From IMG/VR virus record IMGVR_UViG_3300020215_000035: DNA of 41,987 nt; one strand, given 5' to 3'. A model generated the notes under the pieces. That model ran no database searches and had not been told where the DNA came from. It worked only from the letters and a program-made list of their open reading frames with translations. This document shows, piece after piece, positions 7,342 through 13,625 of the stretch. How positions within the stretch are numbered: the first letter of the stretch is position 1; the number at the start of each line of letters is the position of its first letter. Origin of the DNA: a virus. Position numbers and translations under genes: made by a program.

Positions 7342-7696
7342 GACCGAGCCCGGCACTTTCCACGGTTTACACGGCGTGGAAACTGTGGAAACCCCGGAAA
7401 CCGTGGAAACTGGCACCCCCCTAGCCACGAAGGGAGGCCGCCCGTTCACGCTCTACCTCTTCGGAGACGACGGGAGCGTGTTCGGGCTCGAACCCACGTC
7501 GTACGAGGGGCAGCCGGCCTACGGGATCGTCGCCCTCCGCTACTCGCTCGAGGTGGAGGTGTGCGGGAAGCTCCAGCGGGTGGACCTCGCCGGTTCCTTC
7601 GGGATCATCGAGCCGGACACCGTTCGGCGGGAGTACCTCGCCAAAGGGTTCCGGGTCGTGAGGGGCCATGCCATAACGGAGGCGGCCCATGCGTAG
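7334..7696 (+). CDS. hypothetical protein (start uncertain: ATG 7319/7331/7334 or in-frame GTG 7403 after the iterons)
   Basis: The C-terminal 95 aa look like coding sequence. The N-terminal part would translate the iteron array (FHGLHGVETVETPETVETG). Confidence 0.5.
   Translation: MTRTEPGTFHGLHGVETVETPETVETGTPLATKGGRPFTLYLFGDDGSVFGLEPTSYEGQPAYGIVALRYSLEVEVCGKLQRVDLAGSFGIIEPDTVRREYLAKGFRVVRGHAITEAAHA
7356..7410. repeat. Iteron array B: two forward and four abutting inverted 9-mers
   Basis: CTTTCCACG GTTTACACG at 7356-7373; CGTGGAAAC TGTGGAAAC CCCGGAAAC CGTGGAAAC at 7375-7410. Confidence 0.85.
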
Positions 7697-8123
7697 CCCC
7701 GAGCACCACGAGCAGGTCGCCGTCGTCAACTGGGCGCGGTTCATGGCCGACACCGGGCGCCTCCCCGAGCTGGCCCTCCTCTACGCGGTCCCGAACGGGG
7801 GCCACCGGGAGAAGGCGACGGCCGGGCGGCTGAAAGCCGAAGGCACCCGGCGCGGCGTCCCGGACCTCTGCCTCCCCGTCCCCCGCCTCACCGTGGAAGG
7901 CGGCTACCTCGCCGGCCTCTACGTCGAGATGAAGGCGCCGGGCGGGTCCACGTCGCCGGAGCAACGGGCGTGGATCGCCGCGCTCGGCTCGCTCGGATAC
8001 CGCGCCGTCGTCTGCCGTGGGGCGGACGCCGCGAAGGCCGAGATCGAATCCTACCTCGCCCTCCCCCGCGTCGCCCCGCTCACCGTGGGAGATACCGTCC
8101 TCTTAGCCGCGCTCCCTCGATGA
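7689..8123 (+). CDS. VRR-NUC domain nuclease
   Basis: GVPDLCL ... LYVEMKAPGGSTSPEQRAWIAALGSLGY matches the D...ExK plus Q..W pattern of VRR-NUC proteins. Confidence 0.85.
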   Translation: MRSPEHHEQVAVVNWARFMADTGRLPELALLYAVPNGGHREKATAGRLKAEGTRRGVPDLCLPVPRLTVEGGYLAGLYVEMKAPGGSTSPEQRAWIAALGSLGYRAVVCRGADAAKAEIESYLALPRVAPLTVGDTVLLAALPR

Positions 8124-8377
8124 AGGTCAAGCACATGGCCCCGGACCAGCTCGCCAAGCTCCGCAAGAACCGGAGCGAGAAGGCCGCGCCGCTCCCGCCG
8201 CTCCGCGTGGTGGATCACCGCGCCCTCGCCGGCCTGCCGGAACCGCCCCGCGAACACGTCGAGCCCTGCCCGACGATGCAGCACCGGAATCAGTACCTCA
8301 CCGCGCTCCGTCGCTCCGTCCACGCGAACGGGGGCCGCGTCTCCGCTGACAAGGAAGGCACGATCCACGTCCGCTAA
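8120..8377 (+). CDS. hypothetical protein
   Basis: ATGA coupling at 8120; 85 aa. Confidence 0.55.
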   Translation: MKVKHMAPDQLAKLRKNRSEKAAPLPPLRVVDHRALAGLPEPPREHVEPCPTMQHRNQYLTALRRSVHANGGRVSADKEGTIHVR

Positions 8378-8386
8378 CGGCTCCCC

Positions 8387-8896
8387 ATGTACGCGCTCGT
8401 CCACAGCTCCACCCCGTCCCGCCCCGTCCGCCTCCTCTCCGGCGAGATGGTCTCCCCCTACGCCCGCACCCTCGTGCATAGGTTCATGCGGATGACGGGG
8501 TGGACGGCGCACGAGGTGGAGCGGCGGGGCTTCCGCGTCCGCTACGAACCGAACGCCTCGCGCATGTCCCCCTCGCTCTCGGCCGTCCTCGACGCCCTCA
8601 CGCCGGAGGCGTTGCCGCCGGCCCCGTTCCAGCTCGGCCCCGGCGAGACCGTGCGCGACGTGGCCCGCTTGCTCGCCGGCCTCCGCGCCGACCTCGACGG
8701 GGGGCCGCGGCAGCGGGAAGCCGCTCACCGCCGGCTCCGCAAGCTGCTTGACCTCGCCGGTTCCGCCCCGGGCGCTGGCCCGGGCGCCGCCGCCTCCGGG
8801 GGCGCGGCGGACGGCACGCACGACCCCCCTCTCGCTGTGAGCCCCGCAGGCGCACGCGAGCCCGAACCCGGCCCGGATAGCGGCCGGGCGATTTGA
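8387..8896 (+). CDS. hypothetical protein
   Basis: 169-aa ORF with no recognised domain. Confidence 0.6.
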   Translation: MYALVHSSTPSRPVRLLSGEMVSPYARTLVHRFMRMTGWTAHEVERRGFRVRYEPNASRMSPSLSAVLDALTPEALPPAPFQLGPGETVRDVARLLAGLRADLDGGPRQREAAHRRLRKLLDLAGSAPGAGPGAAASGGAADGTHDPPLAVSPAGAREPEPGPDSGRAI

Positions 8897-8939
8897 GCGC
8901 CTTCTAACGCTGTTCCCGGCTCCCACAGAGCCCATCCCG

Positions 8940-9239
8940 ATGCCTACAGAGAAAGCCCCTGCCGCGCTCGCCCTCGTGTTCGTCCCGATCAAACCGGACG
9001 GCACGCTCCCCCGCCTGCCGAGAGGAGCGGAAGTCGTTGACCCCTCACTCGCCAAGGACGTGGCGTACCTCATCGGGTACGCCGAGGGGTCGTGCGGGCA
9101 CATCCGGCTCCCGCCCCCGCGCGGCGAGTGGGGATGGGTATCCACCATCGAAGAGCCGGAGCCCGTCGTGCGGGCGAACCGCGTCCGCGAAGGGCTCCGA
9201 ATCAACCTCGGTGTCGCCGCCGGCGGCCCCGCCGCCTAG
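8940..9239 (+). CDS. hypothetical protein
   Basis: 99-aa ORF with a CCGATGCC start context. Confidence 0.6.
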   Translation: MPTEKAPAALALVFVPIKPDGTLPRLPRGAEVVDPSLAKDVAYLIGYAEGSCGHIRLPPPRGEWGWVSTIEEPEPVVRANRVREGLRINLGVAAGGPAA

Positions 9240-9253
9240 CCCCCCGAGAACCG

Positions 9254-9457
9254 ATGAACGCACCCCCCGACCCCACCCCCCTCTCGGGTGACGACCTCGC
9301 GCGGCTGATCGACGTCGCGCTGGAGGAGGCCGAGCGCGAGAAGCCCCTGTGGGACGCGCTCGACGCCGCCGTAGACGCCCACGGCGCCGAGGCCGTACGC
9401 CACGCGCTCCTGAGGCTCGCCGCCGACGGGGCCCCCTCCGCCCGCCGCGCCGCCTAG
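9254..9457 (+). CDS. hypothetical protein
   Basis: 67-aa acidic helical ORF, CCGATG context; internal start of listed ORF 9092..9457. Confidence 0.55.
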   Translation: MNAPPDPTPLSGDDLARLIDVALEEAEREKPLWDALDAAVDAHGAEAVRHALLRLAADGAPSARRAA

Positions 9458-9460
9458 CCC

Positions 9461-9475
9461 GTAGGGCTGCCCTAC
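9461..9475. promoter_or_regulatory. 15-bp palindrome GTAGGGC-T-GCCCTAC just upstream of the integrase (terminator hairpin or attP-core candidate)
   Basis: 7-bp arms around a single central base, inside the 45-bp gap 9458-9502. Confidence 0.35.
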
Positions 9476-9502
9476 ATTCCGGCTCCACCCCTCCCGCTGC
9501 CC

Positions 9503-11158
9503 ATGCCCCCGCCGCTCCCCGTCGCTCAACTGTTGAGGGTGTCCACCGAAGGGCAGGCCGACCGCCTCGGGCTCCCGGCGCAGGAGACGGCGAACGGAGA
9601 GACGTGCCGCCGCTACGGGCTGGAGATCGTGGACACCGTGCGGATCGTGATGAGCGGCGCTGACGTGGCGACCTCACCGGGGATGGAGCAACTGCTTTCG
9701 TTGGTGGAATCGGGGCGAGCAAAGGGGATCGTCGTAGCGGCGTACGACCGGCTGTTCCGCCCCGAACGGTGGAGCGACCTGATAGTCCTCCAGCGGCTCC
9801 ACGATGCCGGGGCCGGCATCTGGACGCCGACGGGGCAGATAGACTTGACGACGGAGACGGGGCACATCCAGGCGACGCTCTACAACCTCTTCGCGGCGAT
9901 GGAGCGGCGGCGCATCCGGGAGCGCATGGCCGCCGGGCGCGAGGAGAAGCGGAAGCGCGGCGACCACTGCGGGTTCAAGCACTCCATCCCGCTAGGGCTT
10001 GACTGGACAGAGGAAACTGGGTGGAGCTACACGCCGGAGATCGCCCGGGTGGCCGAGTGCTTCCGCCTCTTCCTCTCCGGCGAACGTTCCCCCGAAGCCA
10101 TCGGCGCCCGCGTCGGGCTCGGGCGCACGACGGTGCGGTACGTCCTCCAGAACGAGGCTTATACCGGCTGGCGCGTCTACGACGAGAAGCGCGGGGCGGA
10201 GAAGCTCCCGTGCGGCGACCGCCGGAAGGTGAAGCGGGCCGAAGGCGAAGTGCTCCGCGTCCGCCTCCGCGACGCCTCGGGCACCCCGCTCCCGCCCGTC
10301 GTCAGCGAAGAGGACTTCGCCGCCATCCAGCACCACCTCGAACAAGGGCGGCTCCGGAGCGCGCGGGCGAACGCGGAGACGGAAGGGCACTTCGTCTACC
10401 GGGGCGTCCTCTACTGCGCCGTGCCCGGCCCCGAAGGGGACCCCTGCGGGTGCGCGTTCTACCACTCGGCCGGGGCACGGTACACGAGCGGCCCGCGCCG
10501 CGGCGAGCGGAAGCGGTTCTACCACTGCCGCACGATCAACCCCCGCTACGGCCCGCCGTGCGGGAACCCCTACCTCTCCGAACACCTCCTCGACCCCGTG
10601 CTCGACGCCGCCCTCGCCGGGAGCCTCACCGACCGGGCGTTGCTCCGCCGCGCTCTAGAACGCTTCCAGACGCGCGCGGGCGCCGAGGCGGTGTCTACCC
10701 CGGCCTTCGACGCCGCCGCGCTCCTCGCGCGCCTGGAAGAGCGTAGGGGCCGTGTGCTGGATGCGTTCGTGGACGGCGCCCTCACGCGGGAGGAACGGGA
10801 CGCGCGGCTCGCCCGCCTCGACGGCGAGCGCGACCGCCTCCTCGCCCTCGGCCCCGTCGCCCCGTCGCCCGTTCCGGCGGCCCGTCTTAGCGCTTCGGAC
10901 GTGCTCGCCGTGGTGCGGGTGTTCCGGCGGTTCCACCGCCGCAGCTACGAAGCGAAGCGGGCCGCGCTGGAGGCCGTGCGGCCCCGGCTGTTCGTGGACC
11001 GCTACGCCGTCCGGGGCGTCTGGCTCGACGGCAGGCTCTTCGGTGCAACGGAAGCCTCCGCCGGTCGTAACTCGGGCAACCTACTTCAAACGGTTGACGC
11101 TTTCGCTACCGCTCCGGGGCTCCCCCGGGGCGGGTTATACATCCCCCTCGCCGCCTAG
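9503..11158 (+). CDS. int: large serine recombinase (integrase)
   Basis: Resolvase catalytic N-terminus LLRVSTEGQ ... YDRLFR ... ERRRIRERM, recombinase domain, Cys-rich zinc-ribbon region (YCAV...CGC...HCR...CGNP) and a C-terminal coiled coil. Confidence 0.95.
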   Translation: MPPPLPVAQLLRVSTEGQADRLGLPAQETANGETCRRYGLEIVDTVRIVMSGADVATSPGMEQLLSLVESGRAKGIVVAAYDRLFRPERWSDLIVLQRLHDAGAGIWTPTGQIDLTTETGHIQATLYNLFAAMERRRIRERMAAGREEKRKRGDHCGFKHSIPLGLDWTEETGWSYTPEIARVAECFRLFLSGERSPEAIGARVGLGRTTVRYVLQNEAYTGWRVYDEKRGAEKLPCGDRRKVKRAEGEVLRVRLRDASGTPLPPVVSEEDFAAIQHHLEQGRLRSARANAETEGHFVYRGVLYCAVPGPEGDPCGCAFYHSAGARYTSGPRRGERKRFYHCRTINPRYGPPCGNPYLSEHLLDPVLDAALAGSLTDRALLRRALERFQTRAGAEAVSTPAFDAAALLARLEERRGRVLDAFVDGALTREERDARLARLDGERDRLLALGPVAPSPVPAARLSASDVLAVVRVFRRFHRRSYEAKRAALEAVRPRLFVDRYAVRGVWLDGRLFGATEASAGRNSGNLLQTVDAFATAPGLPRGGLYIPLAA

Positions 11159-11162
11159 AACC

Positions 11163-11438
11163 ATGTCCCGCCTCCGCATCATCGCCCTCGAAGCCGAGGG
11201 CACCGACGACGACGTGAACGCCGCCCTCCGCGGCCTCGTGGACGGCCTCACCGGCCCCACCCGCGTCACGCTCAACAGCCCTTACGGCTACCTCCGGGCA
11301 CCCGGCGGGGGCCGCATCCCGAACGGCACCGGGGGCGACGTGGAGGGGGCGTTCGACCCGGCTTCCTCCGCCGCCGTCCTCTTCGACGGCGAGCGCACGC
11401 CCGTCAAGGTGCCCGGCTTCTGGCTCGCCCTCGCCTGA
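11163..11438 (+). CDS. hypothetical protein
   Basis: 91-aa ORF starting 4 nt after the int stop; internal start of listed ORF 10752..11438. Confidence 0.55.
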   Translation: MSRLRIIALEAEGTDDDVNAALRGLVDGLTGPTRVTLNSPYGYLRAPGGGRIPNGTGGDVEGAFDPASSAAVLFDGERTPVKVPGFWLALA

Positions 11439-11461
11439 GCGCGGGGCGCCCCCCTCCCCAC

Positions 11462-11478
11462 GTCGGCCGAAGGCCGGC
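11462..11478 (+). terminator. short GC hairpin with GAA loop after the int operon
   Basis: gtcggcc-gaa-ggccggc, a 7-bp stem including one G-U pair; no U-tract. Confidence 0.3.
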
Positions 11479-11508
11479 GACCTACGCCCAATCAACCCCC
11501 CTACTGCC

Positions 11509-11931
11509 ATGCCTGCCGAGACCGAGACCAAGCGCACCGCGCTCACGCCCGTTGACTGCTGCGTCTGCGGCATCTCGTTCGGGCTCCCGAAGCACTACGC
11601 CGACGCCCGCCAGGAGGACCACCGCACGTTCTACTGCCCCAACGGGCACAACCTCGCATGGAGCCACCAGAGCGAAGCGGAGAAGGCGAAAGCCGAGGCC
11701 GAACGGCTCCGGGGTGAACTCGCCGCCGCGCGTCAGGACGCGAAGTATCAGCGGGAGCGCCGGGAGGCGGAGCAACGGCGAGTGATCGCGTTCAAGGGTC
11801 AGCTTACGCGAGTGAAGAAGCGCGTGGCCGCCGGGGTGTGCCCATGCTGCCACCGGACGTTCCAGAACCTCGCCGCCCACATGAAGGGGCAACACCCCTC
11901 CTACGCCGCCGACGCACAGACTTCCTCTTGA
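11509..11931 (+). CDS. zinc-finger / coiled-coil protein
   Basis: CCVCG...CPNGH near the N-terminus, a central KAEAERLRGEL... coiled coil, and C-terminal CPCCHRTFQNLAAHMKGQH (C2H2-like). Confidence 0.7.
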   Translation: MPAETETKRTALTPVDCCVCGISFGLPKHYADARQEDHRTFYCPNGHNLAWSHQSEAEKAKAEAERLRGELAAARQDAKYQRERREAEQRRVIAFKGQLTRVKKRVAAGVCPCCHRTFQNLAAHMKGQHPSYAADAQTSS

Positions 11932-11977
11932 CGGGTCTGCGCCGGCCCCCGCGCACGCCCACACCCCCAACCCTGCC

Positions 11978-12274
11978 ATGTACCCTGAGCCCGAAGACCT
12001 CGAACGCATCCGCACCTGGGGGCCCGGCGAGCACGGCGACTTCCCCGGCCTCATGGACTTCATCCGCTCCCTGTGGCACTTCGCGGACGCGGGGTACTTC
12101 ACCCAGGAGGGCGAGGCGTTCCACCTGTCCACGGCCGGGTGGAGCGGGAACGAGGACATCATCGAAGCCCTGGAAGCCAACGGGGTGTTCTGGATGACGT
12201 GCTGGCAACGCTCCGAGCGCGGCGGGCACTACCGCTTCACCGTGAAGCCGTGGCCGAAGCCGGCCCGGGTCTAG
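11978..12274 (+). CDS. hypothetical protein
   Basis: 98-aa ORF of varied composition (W/F/H rich); last gene of the plus-strand arm. Confidence 0.7.
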   Translation: MYPEPEDLERIRTWGPGEHGDFPGLMDFIRSLWHFADAGYFTQEGEAFHLSTAGWSGNEDIIEALEANGVFWMTCWQRSERGGHYRFTVKPWPKPARV

Positions 12275-12339
12275 TAGCCGGTCCCCGGGGCCCGCCTGGG
12301 GGCCGCGCACCCCCCGCGGGGAGCGGGGCTCCGGCGCGG
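12275..12339. terminator. Convergent-operon junction with nested GC hairpins (candidate bidirectional terminator)
   Basis: Outer GTAGCCG (12275-81) pairs with CGGCTAC (12337-43). Inner hairpins GGCCC-N6-GGGCC and CCCGC-GGGGA-GCGGG. No U-tracts. Confidence 0.35.
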
Positions 12340-12558
12340 CTACTCGGGCTTCCCGTGCTCGCGGGCGGCCCGCGCGGCGCTCCGCATCTGGCCCACCGTC
12401 GCCGCCGTCTCCATCGCCGCCAGGAGCACGTCGAGCCGCTCCTCCGCCGTCGTCACCGGCGGCTCCGGCGGGTCCGGGACCTCCTCCGTCGAGATGACGT
12501 TGTTGTCGGGCTTCGTCGGGTCGAACCCCCCCGGCCCATAAGTGACCACGGTTGCCAT
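12340..12558 (-). CDS. hypothetical small protein at the end of the tail-fibre module
   Basis: MATVVTYGPGGFDPTKPDNNVISTEEV...; this is the only plausible part of the 1204-aa listed ORF. Confidence 0.55.
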   Translation of the reverse strand: MATVVTYGPGGFDPTKPDNNVISTEEVPDPPEPPVTTAEERLDVLLAAMETAATVGQMRSAARAAREHGKPE

Positions 12559-12575
12559 TCGGGTGTACCTGTTTC

Positions 12576-13607
12576 TTAAGCGGCTCGGACGTAGACGCGG
12601 GCGGGGGCGTTGTTCGGGCTCACCGCCGGGGCCGGGTCGGGCAGCGCCCCCGTGACGGCGGACGCCGTGTACCCGGTGGAGAACTGGTTCGCCGGCGGCG
12701 ACGAGAACGCGACGACGACCGACGGCGTGGACACCGTGCGGATCGTGGCCCCCGTCGTCGGCCCCCCCTGCCACGCGCACGCGAGCCAGTAGAGCCCCGG
12801 CGTGAGGGCCTGGGAGACCGTGATGTCGTAGGAGGCGGCGGCCTGCGTCCCGTCTATCGTCCCGGCGTCGAGCACGCGCGCCCCGGGGCGGCCCGAGCCG
12901 TCGTCGGAATAGATGCCGAGGCGGAGGAGGGCCCCGGCCGAGCCCGAGACGGTGATCTCGACCCCGATCCGGTCCACCGTGCCCGCCTTCGCCACGAGGA
13001 ACGGGCCCCACCGGCACACCCCGTTCGCGGGCGACGTCGTGCCGGCGTTCGCCGCCGGCCCGGCGTAGTAGAGGCCCGCGACGAGGTGGGCCCCGAAGAG
13101 GGCGGCGGCGGCCGGGACGCCGAGGTTCGTCCGCGCCGTCGCCGCGTCCGAGGCCCCCGTCCCCCCGTCGGCAACGGGCACGTCGGTGCCCCCCGCGCGG
13201 TAGAGCGCGTTCCCCTCGACGGCCACGTCGCCCGCGCCCGTGCGGGTGAGCGTGGTGTCGCTGGCGTGGCCGAGGTTGACGCCCGTGAACTGCGGGGAGT
13301 CCCCGGTGGCGAGGCCGAGCGCCGTCCGCGCTTGGGTTGCCGTGAGGTCCTCGGGGTCGCCGGTCCCCGTGGCCGCCTGCCGCCCCTTGATGGTCCCCTC
13401 GGCCATGTTGGCGAGCTTCGGGTTCGTCACGGCGTCGTCGGCCAGCTTCGCCGTCGTGACCCCGCCGTCGGCCACCACCGTCGCCGGGAGCTGCGCCGCC
13501 GGCACCTTCGCGCTCCCGTCGAGCGAGGCGACCCCGTTCGCCACCCCCTTGTCGCTCTCGACGAGGACTTCCTCCCGGCGGTGCCGCGTGTCCTTGTAGA
13601 AGGCCAT
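12576..13607 (-). CDS. tail fibre protein
   Basis: GVASLDGSAKVPAAQLP and repeated ARTALGL / ARTNLGV motifs are typical of phage tail fibres. Gly/Thr/Ala-rich. Confidence 0.8.
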   Translation of the reverse strand: MAFYKDTRHRREEVLVESDKGVANGVASLDGSAKVPAAQLPATVVADGGVTTAKLADDAVTNPKLANMAEGTIKGRQAATGTGDPEDLTATQARTALGLATGDSPQFTGVNLGHASDTTLTRTGAGDVAVEGNALYRAGGTDVPVADGGTGASDAATARTNLGVPAAAALFGAHLVAGLYYAGPAANAGTTSPANGVCRWGPFLVAKAGTVDRIGVEITVSGSAGALLRLGIYSDDGSGRPGARVLDAGTIDGTQAAASYDITVSQALTPGLYWLACAWQGGPTTGATIRTVSTPSVVVAFSSPPANQFSTGYTASAVTGALPDPAPAVSPNNAPARVYVRAA

Positions 13608-13625
13608 CGGGGGAGCCCTCCGGGC

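Noticed and set aside
5154-7449. Minus-strand ORFs 5154..5609 and 6235..7449 whose translations contain KPWK / VSTVS repeats
   Set aside because: The peptide repeats are simply the 9-bp iterons read in frame on the wrong strand. Both ORFs are antisense to well-supported plus-strand genes and are Arg-rich.
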